Counted from the first letter of the stretch, positions 32,697-42,506 are shown. The stretch: DNA of 64,000 bases from Elusimicrobiota bacterium (GCA_016234805.1 JACRNU010000030.1:27406-91405); one strand, 5' to 3'. Notes: generated by a model from the sequence alone, not told the origin. Numbers and translations are program-made.

Positions 32697-34529
32697 ATGG
32701 AAATCGAGCCAAGTCTTCACGATTACTGGCGGACCGTCAAGAAGAGGAAGTGGATCGTGGTGGCCATCGCCTCGGTGACCGCTATCGGCAGCTTCGTCTA
32801 TACGCAGATGCAGACGCCCCTGTACCGGACCTCGGGCATGGTCCGCTACGAGCCTCCGATGGGCAGGATGCTCGGAGTGGACACGGGCAACTGGGACCCG
32901 TACGCCGCGCTCAAGACCCAGGTCCGGGCTTTGAGCTCCGCTGACTTGGAGGACAAGGTCTCCAAGCGCATCGCCAAGCCCGCAAGATACAGCGCTTCCC
33001 AAATCCCTGACTCCAATCTCATAACCATCTCAGCGACCAGCGTCAATCCCGCGGAAGCCGCGGATGTGGTCAACGCGGTGATGGAGATCTACGCGGAGTC
33101 CGACCTCGAGACCCGGTCGCAGACCTCGCGCAAGTCGCTCGAGGACATCGTGTCCCGGCGCCAGGAGATCGAGGCCTCCCTCAACGATCTCGAGGAGAGG
33201 AGGCGCGACTACATGGAGTCCCATCCGGGCTCGGGCACCGGGATGGGGAGCGCGCTTAATTCGACCCTCATCGACCTGGAGTCCCGGCGCAGGGAGCTCC
33301 TCAAGCGCTTCACCACCGAGCATCCCGAGGTCGTGGCCTTGGAACAGCGCATCGAGTCCACCAAGGCCAAGCTCTCGACCGTGCCCGGGTCGGACCTCGA
33401 GCTTGAGCGCATGAACCGGGACATCAAGGTCAACGAGGAGCTCTACATCACCCTTTCCAAGCAGATGGAGGAGACGCGCATCGCCTTGTCCGCGGTCCCG
33501 GCTTTCGTCACCATCGTGGCGCGCGCATCGGTCCCGGACGCGCCTTTCTACCCCAACAAGAAGTCGAGCAACCTGCTCGGCTGCATCTTGGGGGTGCTGC
33601 TGGGCCTGGTGGCCGTGTTCGTCATGGAGAGCCTCGACATCTCCATCTCCACCATCGAGGACATCGAGCGCGTGGTGGGGGTCCCGGTGCTGACCGTCAT
33701 CCCGCACCTCGGCACGGAGAAGAAGTGGGACGCCATCAAGGCCAAGCTCATGAGGAAAGAGCGCTACCCCGTGGACGCGTTCCGCTCGCTCCTCCTCTTC
33801 CACCAGAGCACGAAGTCCCCGACCATCGAGGCCTACCACTCCCTGCGCTCGGCCATCCAGGCCCAGCAGCCGGACCGCGAGCACTGGGTCATGGCCTTCA
33901 CCTCCACGGGCGTGGCCGAGGGCAAGACCCTGACCGCGGTGAACTTCTGCCTGGCTGCCGTGCACGCGGGCTTGAAAGTCCTCCTCATCGGCGCGGACAT
34001 CCGGCGGCCCGTGGTGCACCGCGTGTTCGGCGTGCCCAAGCAGCCCGGGCTCCTGGAAGTGCTCACGGGCGCCTCGGACTGGAGGGACGTCCAGCGCGGC
34101 ACCGTGGACTTCCTCATGGGCGAGATCGACCTGGACAGGCTCCTTGGGTTCTCGGGCATCGACAACTTCAAGCTCATGACGAGCTGGGCCGCCTCATCGG
34201 CCGACATCGTCAACATCTTCTCCTCCCCGCTCCTGCCCAAGTTCATCGAGGAGGTCCGGCCCCACTTCGACTACGTGGTCTTCGACTGCCCGCCCGTGCT
34301 CCTCTTCGTGGACGCCATCCTCATCGGCAGCCAGACCGACGGGGTGTTGATGGTCTACCAGTCGGGCAAGATGGCCAGGCAGGCCCTGCGCCGCGCCAAG
34401 GACCAGCTGACGGCCTCCAACGTGAAGATCCTTGGGGTGGCCTTGAACGACATGCAGTCCAGCGAGATGGGCCCGGCGTACTCCTACTACTACGGGTACT
34501 CGCACTACGCCCGCCAGGAAGATACCTGA
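32697..34529 (+). CDS. Polysaccharide co-polymerase / BY-kinase (Wzc-like tyrosine autokinase).
   Basis: N-terminal Wzz-like TM + coiled-coil domain. C-terminal P-loop (FTSTGVAEGKTLTAVNFCLAA, Walker A; VVFDCPPV, Walker B) and a C-terminal tyrosine cluster (YSYYYGYSHY). Confidence 0.8.
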   Translation: MEIEPSLHDYWRTVKKRKWIVVAIASVTAIGSFVYTQMQTPLYRTSGMVRYEPPMGRMLGVDTGNWDPYAALKTQVRALSSADLEDKVSKRIAKPARYSASQIPDSNLITISATSVNPAEAADVVNAVMEIYAESDLETRSQTSRKSLEDIVSRRQEIEASLNDLEERRRDYMESHPGSGTGMGSALNSTLIDLESRRRELLKRFTTEHPEVVALEQRIESTKAKLSTVPGSDLELERMNRDIKVNEELYITLSKQMEETRIALSAVPAFVTIVARASVPDAPFYPNKKSSNLLGCILGVLLGLVAVFVMESLDISISTIEDIERVVGVPVLTVIPHLGTEKKWDAIKAKLMRKERYPVDAFRSLLLFHQSTKSPTIEAYHSLRSAIQAQQPDREHWVMAFTSTGVAEGKTLTAVNFCLAAVHAGLKVLLIGADIRRPVVHRVFGVPKQPGLLEVLTGASDWRDVQRGTVDFLMGEIDLDRLLGFSGIDNFKLMTSWAASSADIVNIFSSPLLPKFIEEVRPHFDYVVFDCPPVLLFVDAILIGSQTDGVLMVYQSGKMARQALRRAKDQLTASNVKILGVALNDMQSSEMGPAYSYYYGYSHYARQEDT

Positions 34530-34554
34530 CGCCGTCGGCGACGGCGCCCCGGGG

Positions 34555-35364
34555 TTAGACCGAGCCTTTGACGCTCTGGACCGCTTCCTCCGCGATCTCA
34601 GGGGTGATCCGGCGCGCGTTCTTGGTGTAGCCCGCCAGCAGGCTCATGTGGCAGAAGTGGTTGAGCCAGCGGGGGATGCCGCCTGAGTGGCGGTGCAGGA
34701 GGTCCACGGCCTCCGGGGTGAATATCTCCTCGTTGCCGTCGCCCGAGATCTCGAGGCGGTGCTTGATGTAGCGGGCCGTGTCCTCCTCGCTGAACGCGTC
34801 GATGTGGAAGTGCAGGTTGACCCGCTGGTTGAGCTGCTTGTTGGACTCGACCTTGGGCGCGAGCTCGGGCTGGCCCACGAGCAGGAGGGTCACGAGGAAG
34901 CGGCTCTCGGTCTGGAAGTTCAGCAGGAGCCTGAGCTCCTCGAACACGTCGGGCGAAGAGATGGCGTGGGCCTCGTCGATGGCGATGACCGTGTGCTTGC
35001 CGTCCAAGGCGACGTTCTCGATATAGGTCTGCATGGCCATGAGCACGTCGGCCTTGTCGGCCGGCACCTCCCTGCCCACGAGCCCCCTGAGGATGAAGCG
35101 GAGCATGCCGAGGTCGTCGAGCCTGGGGTTGTTGACCACGGAGTACCGGCAGCCTTCGGACTCGGTGGACTTGCGCAGGGCCTGGAGGATGAGGGTCTTG
35201 CCGCACCCGTAGACCCCGGTCAGGACCCCGCAGGCCTTCCTCTCGCGCACGATGTACTGCAGGCGGGAGAGGGCCTCGTTGTGGCGCTCCGAGTAGAAGA
35301 AGAATTTGGGGTTCGGGGTGTTCTCAAACGGCGGTTCCCGGAGGTTCCAGTATTCCTCGTACAT
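34555..35364 (-). CDS. ExeA-like AAA ATPase (secretion/EPS-system-associated ATPase family).
   Basis: GVLTGVYGCGKT (Walker A) and VIAIDEAH (Walker B). Confidence 0.75.
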   Translation of the reverse strand: MYEEYWNLREPPFENTPNPKFFFYSERHNEALSRLQYIVRERKACGVLTGVYGCGKTLILQALRKSTESEGCRYSVVNNPRLDDLGMLRFILRGLVGREVPADKADVLMAMQTYIENVALDGKHTVIAIDEAHAISSPDVFEELRLLLNFQTESRFLVTLLLVGQPELAPKVESNKQLNQRVNLHFHIDAFSEEDTARYIKHRLEISGDGNEEIFTPEAVDLLHRHSGGIPRWLNHFCHMSLLAGYTKNARRITPEIAEEAVQSVKGSV

Positions 35365-35393
35365 GGGCCTATGTTACCAAAAAACTGTCACGT

Positions 35394-36656
35394 TCAGGAC
35401 AGCTTGGCTTCCAGGACCTTGGCCAGGGCCGCGAGCTCCTTGGAGCGGGCTTCGAGCTTGCGCTCGCGGTCGGCCAGTTCCGCCTGGGCCTGACCGCGCC
35501 GGCGTTCGATGGCGGCAATCTGCTCCTCGAGTTTCCGAAGGGCCGCGAGCTGTTCGCGGCTGTGCAGGCGCAGGGACTCCAGTTCGGCCTGGAGCTTGGC
35601 CAGCCTCTTTTCTCCGGTCTGGCGCTCATCCTCCACGGCCTTCTGGAGCTCCAAGACGTGCCGCTTCTCGTCCTGACTCGAATTGCCCGCAGCTTCGCGG
35701 AGTTCCGCTGCGCGGCGCTCCTCAGCGTCGCGCAGCCGCGACGCGAGCTCCGCCTTCTCGCGCAGCCAGGCAGCCTCGGCCTCGGCCAGGGAGGTTTCCT
35801 TGACCCTGGCCGTGTTGTCGGTCCTGCGGGAGGTCTCCTCAGCCGCGATGGCGCGGCGTTCGAGGTCCAGGAGGCCCGTCATCTGGCTCTGGTACTTCTG
35901 GCGCCAGATGTCGATCTCGGCCAGGAGCCGGGTCTTCTCCTCGGACCAGCCGGCCGCGGCTCGGCGCACCGCTTCCTCGGCACGGTCGGACTCCGCGGAC
36001 TCAAGGAGGCGGATGCGGTTGCTGAGCTCCGAGCGCTCGCGCATGAGAGCGCGGTCGGTCTCGGCGAGGATGGATTTCTGGCTTTCGAGGCTGCTCTTGG
36101 CCTGGGCCGCGGCTTCCTCTGCTTCGGTGGCCCGGCGCTCGAGCTCGATGGCGCCGGAAAGCTGGTTGTTGAACTTCTCCCGCAGGCCGCGGAGCTCGTC
36201 CATGAGCTCGGTTTTCTGGCGCTCCCACGCGCGCTCCGCGCCGCGGCCCGTGGCCGCGTGGCGACTGATGAGGTCTTCCTTCTCCTTGAGCCACTGCCTC
36301 TCGCGCTCGGTCAGCAGGGCCTCGCGGCTCTCGGTCATGCTCTGGCTGCGGCGGGCCGCGTCCTCGGCCAGGGCCAGGCGCCTCTTGAGGCCGTTGAGGA
36401 CCGCTTCGAAGGCGCGCTCGTTTTCCAGCCCGCGCTTGGCCACGGCCTCGACCCCGGCTTTGGAGTCCGGGGTGAGGATCGTCATGTCCTCGACCTTCTT
36501 GAAGTACTCCTCGCGCTCGGAGAGGGTCTTCCTGGCAGCTTCGGCCTCCATCTGGGCGTTCTGGCGGGCCTTGTCGGACTGGGCGAGATCGGCGTCGAAT
36601 TCCGCGGCCTTCTTCTCCAGAAGGTTCAGGCGCTCAAGGGCCCAGCGCAGGGCCAT
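35394..36656 (-). CDS. Coiled-coil protein (420 aa), a paralog of the N-terminal region of the giant coiled-coil protein.
   Basis: Ala/Glu/Arg/Leu-rich heptad-like sequence throughout. The N-terminus MALRWALERLNLLEKK matches MSLRWALERISSTEKL of the downstream gene. Confidence 0.6.
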   Translation of the reverse strand: MALRWALERLNLLEKKAAEFDADLAQSDKARQNAQMEAEAARKTLSEREEYFKKVEDMTILTPDSKAGVEAVAKRGLENERAFEAVLNGLKRRLALAEDAARRSQSMTESREALLTERERQWLKEKEDLISRHAATGRGAERAWERQKTELMDELRGLREKFNNQLSGAIELERRATEAEEAAAQAKSSLESQKSILAETDRALMRERSELSNRIRLLESAESDRAEEAVRRAAAGWSEEKTRLLAEIDIWRQKYQSQMTGLLDLERRAIAAEETSRRTDNTARVKETSLAEAEAAWLREKAELASRLRDAEERRAAELREAAGNSSQDEKRHVLELQKAVEDERQTGEKRLAKLQAELESLRLHSREQLAALRKLEEQIAAIERRRGQAQAELADRERKLEARSKELAALAKVLEAKLS

Positions 36657-36798
36657 GCGCGCGGTGTCGAGATTGTTGATCTCGGAGACTTCGTTGAAAC
36701 GGCTTGTTCTGGATCTCAGGGTTGTCCATGGGTTTGTGTCCTCGGTGCAAGCAACATCATATCAGGTGATGGTCTGGTTTCGCTATCCGCAATACTAC

Positions 36799-39700
36799 CT
36801 ACTCCCGCTTCTTCTCGCGCTCGGCGAGGATGGACTTGGCAAGGTTCGCCTCTGCCCGGGCGGCCTGGACGTCGTCTTGGGCCATGGAAATGCGCCTCTC
36901 GAGCTCGGCGATCTTGTCCCGCGACTCGGCCTGGCGCGCCTTCCAGGCGTCGGCTTCGGACCGGGCCTGGTGCTCGATCCTCTTGCGCTCCTCCGCCTCC
37001 CTGCCCGAATGCTTGGCCGCGTTTTGCGATGCCGACTCGGCTTCGACGAGCCGGCTCTCGAACTCCATGACCTGGGTCAGGAGCTCGTTGTGGCGGCGTT
37101 TCCAGCCGTTGACCTCCTCGGTGAGGGACAGCCGCTCCCTGGCCCAGCGCTCCTCGACCTTCTCGATCACGGTCTGGAGTCTCTCCCTGCTGGGGACGTC
37201 GAGGTTGCTGCATTCCGCGTAGAGGGCGGCTTTCTCGGCCTCCCACTGCCTCACCCGTTCATCCAGGAGCAGGCGAGAGGTCTCGGCGTCGGCGTGGGCG
37301 CGGCGGGCCGCTTCCTGGGCGAGGGCGAGCTTCTTCTCCAGGTCCCTGCCGCGGGCGGACTCGGAGTCGATGCGATCTCTGAGCTCGCGGCCGTGCTCCT
37401 GCCTGCTCTCCTCAAGCCGGCGCAGGCTCTCGAGGAGCCCCTGGCGCTCGGACTCCCACTGGCCCTGGCGCTCGGACAGGACCGTGCCCCGGTCGTGCGC
37501 GATCTTCTCGGCCTGGCGGGCGGCCTCTTCAGCGAGGAAGAGCCTCTTTTCCAGGGCCTCGGACGCGCCCGAGAGCTCGGCCCTCTTGGCGCGTTCCTGG
37601 GCGTCGGCGAGCGACCGCTCGAGGTCGAGGATGCGCGTGGTCTGCTCCTGGCATTTTCTCTGGAAGGCTTCGGCCTCGGAGCGCAGGGTCTCCTCGCTGC
37701 CCGCGCTGAGGCTCGCGCGCCGCGCCTTGTCCTGGGTCTCGACGAGGCTCGTCTCGAGCTCCAGGCCCTTGGCCAGGGCGTCCTGGTACTTGCGCTGAAG
37801 CTCGTTGGAGAGAGCGACAAGCTTTCGCTCGAGCTCCGCCACCGTCTTGCCGCGTTCCTCCGCACGCTGCTTCCATTCCGCGGCGGCCTCGGTTTCCTTC
37901 ACCCGGTCGCGCAGGGCGGCGACCTCTTTCTGGGCCTCGAACACGGCCTTCTCCTGGTCCGCGGAGCGCTGGCGCCAGACCGCGGCTTCCTCGGCGAGCC
38001 GGGCGTCGCGCTGGGTCGTGGTGTCGGACTGCTTGGCCTTCTCCTCGGCCAAACAGAGCCTGCGCTCGAGCTCGAGGTTCCTGCCCGCGGCATCGGCCAG
38101 GTCGCGGCGCAGGGCCGCGACTTCCTGGGACAGGGCGGCCTCGTAGGCGGCCTTGATGTCCGAGAGCCGGGTGTGCTCCTGGCAGGTCAGGAGGTTCTTC
38201 TCCAGTCCCGCGGTCTTTTCCAATAGTTCCTTGTGGTGCTGGATCAGTGACGCCATCTCGTCTTGCTGACGGACGGCGGAGGCCTGGGCGCGGGCGGCGG
38301 CGTTCTGGGCCGCGCCGGTCTCCCGCTCGAGGGAGAGGATGCGGTCCAGGTCCCCGGCGTGCGTGGCCCGGAGGCGGGCGGTCTCGTCGCGCAGGGCATT
38401 CTCGTTGGCGTCCGCGAGGTCCGCGCGCTTGGCGAGCTCGAGAGCCTCGGTGCCCCGGCGCTCGAGGTCGATGTTCTTGTCGAGCTGGGCCTGGAACTTG
38501 GCGCGCAGGAACGCGAGCTCCCGCTGGAGGTCGGCCTCATGGGCGGAGTCCTGCTTGGCCTCGAGCAGGGCCTTCTCGAGCTCCGCGATCTTGGAGCCGC
38601 TCTCCTGGCACTTCTGAAGCAGGCTCGCCGTCTCCTCGCGCTCGAGGGACTCGATCCGCTCGACCTCCTCGGTTTTGAGCTCCATCATCATCTGGCTGCG
38701 GCCGGCCTTGTCCTCGGCCTGGGAGAGCTTCTTCTCGAGCTCCACGATCCTGGCGATCTGGGACCGCGACTTCTCGGACCAGACGGAGGCGTCGGATTGC
38801 CGGGATTCCTCGGACCTGGCATGGGCTTCGGTTTCCGTGTCAGCCGTTGCCTGGGCGCGCTTGGCCGCCTCGTCCGAGGCAGCGAGGAGCTGTTCGAGCT
38901 CCACGTTCTTGTCCATGTGTTCGCGGTATTTCTCGCGCAGGAGCGCGATCTCCTGGAGCAGGGTGTGCTCATGGGCGGCCGCGAGGTCCGCGCGCTTGAC
39001 CTTCTCCTCCGTGCCGGAGAGGAGGTTCTGCATCTCCACGGTGCGCTGTGCCGCCTCCTGCGCCTTCTGGGCATAGACCGTTGATTCGCGCTTGAACGAG
39101 TCCTCCGCGCGCTGGAGCGCGCCGGTGCGCGAAGCCAGCAGCCTCTCGGCCTCGTTGGCCCGGGCCTGGGCTTCCTCATAGGAGGTCTCAAGGGAGAGGA
39201 CGCGGTCCGTGAGGGCCTGCGTCTTCTCCTGGAACTCGGCGGCTTCCGCGCGCTCGAGTGCGTCGATGCGGCGGGCCTCCTCGGTCTTGAGCTCCATGGC
39301 CATCTGGCTGCGCTCGGCCTTCTCCTCGGCGAGGGCGAGGCGCTTTTCGAGGTCCACGATGCGGGCCATGTGCTCCTGGGCCTTTTTGGTGAAGGTCTCG
39401 GTCTCGTCCTTGCGCAGGGCTTCGAGCTGGTCGGTCTCAAGGGCGTGGCGCGCGGCTTCCTCGACCTTGACCTCCATGACCATCTGGCTGGAGGAGGCCT
39501 TCTCCTCGGCGATGGCGAGGCGCTTTTCGAGGTCCACGATGCGGGCCATGTGCTCCTGGGCCTTTTTGGTGAAGGTCTCGGTCTCGTCCTTGCGCAGGCC
39601 CTCGATCTGGGCAGCTTCGTGCGCGTGCCGGGCTGATTCGCTCTCGGCGCGGCAGGCGCGGTCGTGGCGCTCGGAGAGCTGGCGTTCAAGGTCGATCGCG

Positions 39701-40896
39701 CGGTCCGAGGCGTTTTCGAGCCGTTTGCGCAGGTCCGCGGCCTCCCTGGAGAGGGCCGCCTCGTTGGAGGCGTGCATCTCCACGAGCTTGGCGCGCTCCT
39801 CGGCTTCCACGAGCCTCTTTTCTAGCGAGACGGCGCGGTCGTTCTGGCCGTGGCAGCGGATGGTGAGCTCGTTGATCTCGGCCTGCATGCTGGATTCGGA
39901 GCGGTTGCGCTCAAGGGCCTCGCGGGCCGCGGCGGATTCCGCGCGCTTCTGGGCCTCGGCGGCCTCGGAGAGCCGTTTCTCGAGGGAGAGGTTCTTCTCA
40001 GCCTCCTCCTGGTTCCTGCGGCGCAGGCGGGACGCCTCCTCTCGCATCATTGCCTCGTTGGCCATGGAAACGTCGGTCTGCTTGTTGCGTTCGCGGGCCG
40101 TGATGACCTCGTTCTGCAGGTCCGCGTTCTTGTCCGCCGCCTCTTGGTACTTGACGCGCCACTCGGAGAGCTCCTGGATGAGGGCGGCCTTCTGCTTCTC
40201 CCAGGCCTGGTCGCGGAAGGCCTGGCGGTTGGCCAGCTCGCGGTCGAGCGCGCCGCGCTGCTCGGTGTAGAAGGCCTCGAAGTGGGCCTGGCGGTCCGCG
40301 AGGATCTTCTCCTGGGCCCGCAGGTGGGCTTCCACCTCGTGGACTTCGACGAGCTTGGGCGCGAACTCCTTGTCGAGGGTCTGGCGCCGCATGGAGATGG
40401 ATTCTTCGGATTTCAGGGCGGCCTCGCGGCGTTCTTTCTCGGCTTCGGCCCGAAAGGTCTGGTACTGCTTCTCCAGATCGTCCCGCCTGACCGCGTAATC
40501 GGTCTCGAGGTCCTTCTGCCGGGCCAGGAGGTACTCGTGCATGCGCGCGACTTCGCTCTCATGCTTGACCAGGGCCTGGAGGTCGAGTTTCCCAGCGAGC
40601 TTGAGGTCCATGAGGCCTTCGAGTTTTTTATAGTACACCTCGCGATGGGAGGCTTCCTCGGCGTTGGCCGCCATGGCGCGGCGCAGGGCCTGGCACTCGC
40701 GTTCGACCGCGGTCTTGGCGCGCTCCTCCCGGGCGGCCTTGTCAGAGGCCTCGACCCGGAGCTTCTCAGTGGAGCTGATGCGCTCGAGAGCCCAGCGCAG
40801 GGACATGCGTGCCGTGTCGATGTTGTTGATGGCGTCGACTTCCGTGGGCTCGGTGTTCCCTTCGTTCTGGTCAGCCGGTCGATCCTGTTGTTCCAT
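36799..40896 (-). CDS. Giant coiled-coil protein (1365 aa) with internal ~60-aa tandem repeats.
   Basis: Continuous A/E/R/L/K-rich sequence with no globular domain recognisable. Repeated blocks QIEGLRKDETETFTKKAQEHMARIVDLEKRLA(I/L)AEEKA... appear at least twice verbatim. Confidence 0.65.
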   Translation of the reverse strand: MEQQDRPADQNEGNTEPTEVDAINNIDTARMSLRWALERISSTEKLRVEASDKAAREERAKTAVERECQALRRAMAANAEEASHREVYYKKLEGLMDLKLAGKLDLQALVKHESEVARMHEYLLARQKDLETDYAVRRDDLEKQYQTFRAEAEKERREAALKSEESISMRRQTLDKEFAPKLVEVHEVEAHLRAQEKILADRQAHFEAFYTEQRGALDRELANRQAFRDQAWEKQKAALIQELSEWRVKYQEAADKNADLQNEVITARERNKQTDVSMANEAMMREEASRLRRRNQEEAEKNLSLEKRLSEAAEAQKRAESAAAREALERNRSESSMQAEINELTIRCHGQNDRAVSLEKRLVEAEERAKLVEMHASNEAALSREAADLRKRLENASDRAIDLERQLSERHDRACRAESESARHAHEAAQIEGLRKDETETFTKKAQEHMARIVDLEKRLAIAEEKASSSQMVMEVKVEEAARHALETDQLEALRKDETETFTKKAQEHMARIVDLEKRLALAEEKAERSQMAMELKTEEARRIDALERAEAAEFQEKTQALTDRVLSLETSYEEAQARANEAERLLASRTGALQRAEDSFKRESTVYAQKAQEAAQRTVEMQNLLSGTEEKVKRADLAAAHEHTLLQEIALLREKYREHMDKNVELEQLLAASDEAAKRAQATADTETEAHARSEESRQSDASVWSEKSRSQIARIVELEKKLSQAEDKAGRSQMMMELKTEEVERIESLEREETASLLQKCQESGSKIAELEKALLEAKQDSAHEADLQRELAFLRAKFQAQLDKNIDLERRGTEALELAKRADLADANENALRDETARLRATHAGDLDRILSLERETGAAQNAAARAQASAVRQQDEMASLIQHHKELLEKTAGLEKNLLTCQEHTRLSDIKAAYEAALSQEVAALRRDLADAAGRNLELERRLCLAEEKAKQSDTTTQRDARLAEEAAVWRQRSADQEKAVFEAQKEVAALRDRVKETEAAAEWKQRAEERGKTVAELERKLVALSNELQRKYQDALAKGLELETSLVETQDKARRASLSAGSEETLRSEAEAFQRKCQEQTTRILDLERSLADAQERAKRAELSGASEALEKRLFLAEEAARQAEKIAHDRGTVLSERQGQWESERQGLLESLRRLEESRQEHGRELRDRIDSESARGRDLEKKLALAQEAARRAHADAETSRLLLDERVRQWEAEKAALYAECSNLDVPSRERLQTVIEKVEERWARERLSLTEEVNGWKRRHNELLTQVMEFESRLVEAESASQNAAKHSGREAEERKRIEHQARSEADAWKARQAESRDKIAELERRISMAQDDVQAARAEANLAKSILAEREKKRE
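39301..39660. repeat. Two tandem ~180-bp near-identical direct repeats inside the giant coiled-coil CDS; related copies occur further 5' around 38700.
   Basis: 39301-39420 and 39481-39600 are almost base-for-base identical (catctggctg...gtctcgtccttgcgcag). Confidence 0.8.
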
Positions 40897-40984
40897 TAGG
40901 GACCCCTGCGGTGCTGGGTGACGGCAAGCTGGAGTATATCAACGGCCTGTTAACGATTTATGGCTTCTTGGGCGGGTTTTTGGC

Positions 40985-41767
40985 TCAAGCCTTGAGGTAC
41001 TCAAGCGCGCTGGGCAAGAGCTGGTCCGCCGCGGCAACCAGACGCGCCTGATCCGGATCGAAGAGAAAAGGCTCCAGTCGCCGCGCCATCTCCTTGAGGC
41101 GCTTGGAGCCCCAGCCCGAGACGCGTGCCAGGATCGCCGCGGCCGGGTCCTTCACGGACAATACTCCGGGATCGGGATTCCAGCGTTTGCCGGCGATAAA
41201 AAACAAGTCATAGACGTCGCGGCCCAACTCGCGGTGAAGCAGAGCCTCGATTTTCTCCGCGGCAATGATGCTTGAAGAGGCGAACGATACGGGGAACAGC
41301 TCGCCGTAGCCCGACAAAACTCTGGGCTCCCGCTCGACGTCGTAGGAGGGACGGTTGGACTCCACTTTGATCCGGAGCTTTTCATTGGCAAGGGGGGTGA
41401 GCCGATATTTTTGAAGGAGCCCCTCGCAGCGCAGATCGCCCAAGAGCAGGCGGCCCTTCTCGACACAACTGGGCTGGACCTTGAGCCCTTCCCGTGATAA
41501 AATGTGCGCGGCTTGATCCCACAGCGCTTTCCACTCCTTGAGGGAAAGGTCCTGGGCGTCAAAGTCCAGATCCTCCGAGAACCGGAAAAGATTGAAGCCC
41601 AGGCGCAGCGCTGTTCCCCCCAGGAAGGCCAGGGCCTTCGCCTGGGGCTGGCTGTAGAGGGCCTTGAGGGCAAGAAGCTGGACATATTCGCGCAGCGCGC
41701 CGCGCAACTTGCCGGGGGGCAGGCCGCGCTCTTGGGAGTGCGACAATAGGCTATCGTAGGAGAGCAT
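40985..41767 (-). CDS. Nucleotidyltransferase AbiEii/AbiGii-family toxin (type IV TA).
   Basis: FLGGTALRLGFNLFRFSEDLDFD is the DUF1814/AbiEii signature. Overlaps the upstream antitoxin gene by 17 nt. Confidence 0.7.
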   Translation of the reverse strand: MLSYDSLLSHSQERGLPPGKLRGALREYVQLLALKALYSQPQAKALAFLGGTALRLGFNLFRFSEDLDFDAQDLSLKEWKALWDQAAHILSREGLKVQPSCVEKGRLLLGDLRCEGLLQKYRLTPLANEKLRIKVESNRPSYDVEREPRVLSGYGELFPVSFASSSIIAAEKIEALLHRELGRDVYDLFFIAGKRWNPDPGVLSVKDPAAAILARVSGWGSKRLKEMARRLEPFLFDPDQARLVAAADQLLPSALEYLKA

Positions 41768-42368
41768 GGATGCGTTCCTTGAGTCCTGCCCGGCCAAAGG
41801 CCTCGGCGTAATCCATAAGCCGGCGGCGTTTCATTTTGCGGATGCGGCCGATATCCCAGCGGTCTTCCGGAATATTCAGGCGCTCGCCGCGTCTTAAGGC
41901 CGCGTAGAGCCTGTCGACAAGCGCCTTTTCCGGCTCGGCCAGCTTGACGGAACAGCCCTGCCAATGGACCACGCCGTAGCCGATGAAGGCGGCCGGCCGC
42001 ACGGTGAAGTAACTGAAGAGCCCGTGAAAGTTTCTCAGGCGCCGCGTGGCCTTGGTTGTGACGGAGGTGACTTGCGCCGCGGTTTCGGGGATGATCTGGT
42101 AATGCGACAGGGCGGTGTCGAGGGAAACATAGGAGGGCTCATAGAGGCGGTTGGCGATGTGGAGATCGGGGAGAGCGGCGTGCTCTGGGTAGGCGAGTTC
42201 GTAGAGGCCCCGTTTGAGGCGCCGCACCCAGCCTTTTTTGGCCCACTGATGAAGCTGCAGGAGCCTGGTGGAGCGAATCTCCCCGGGGAAAAGGAGCCCC
42301 ACGTCATCGGGGGAAAAGAGGAACAGGCGCTGAGCCCGGAGGCGGCCGGCGAGCGTCTTAATATCCAT
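41751..42368 (-). CDS. AbiEi-family antitoxin / transcriptional regulator.
   Basis: N-terminal winged-helix-like region and C-terminal AbiEi_4-like region (SYVSLDTALSHYQIIPE). Confidence 0.65.
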   Translation of the reverse strand: MDIKTLAGRLRAQRLFLFSPDDVGLLFPGEIRSTRLLQLHQWAKKGWVRRLKRGLYELAYPEHAALPDLHIANRLYEPSYVSLDTALSHYQIIPETAAQVTSVTTKATRRLRNFHGLFSYFTVRPAAFIGYGVVHWQGCSVKLAEPEKALVDRLYAALRRGERLNIPEDRWDIGRIRKMKRRRLMDYAEAFGRAGLKERIHALLR

Positions 42369-42378
42369 TTTAGTTAAT

Positions 42379-42392
42379 TATACTTTAGTATA
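42379..42392. promoter_or_regulatory. Perfect palindrome TATACTTTAGTATA in the AT-rich region immediately upstream of abiEi; candidate autoregulatory operator.
   Basis: Direct reading. 42370-42420 is a sharply AT-rich patch in otherwise high-GC DNA. Confidence 0.4.
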
Positions 42393-42506
42393 AGTTGCTA
42401 GAATTGATATGTCAAGAGCCCACCCACCTGACCGGCATGCGCAGGCGATGCGAGCCGGGCCGGCCGGACCCGCCGGTGGCGCGGGTCTTCTGGCTTAGGC
42501 GTCCGG

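Noticed and set aside
35562-40899. Multiple long plus-strand ORFs (502, 847, 273, 353, 349 aa) opposite the coiled-coil genes.
   Set aside because: They are antisense to highly repetitive GAG/GCG/CTC-rich coiled-coil coding sequence. The translations are Leu/Gly/Ala low-complexity strings, and the minus-strand frames give coherent heptad proteins.
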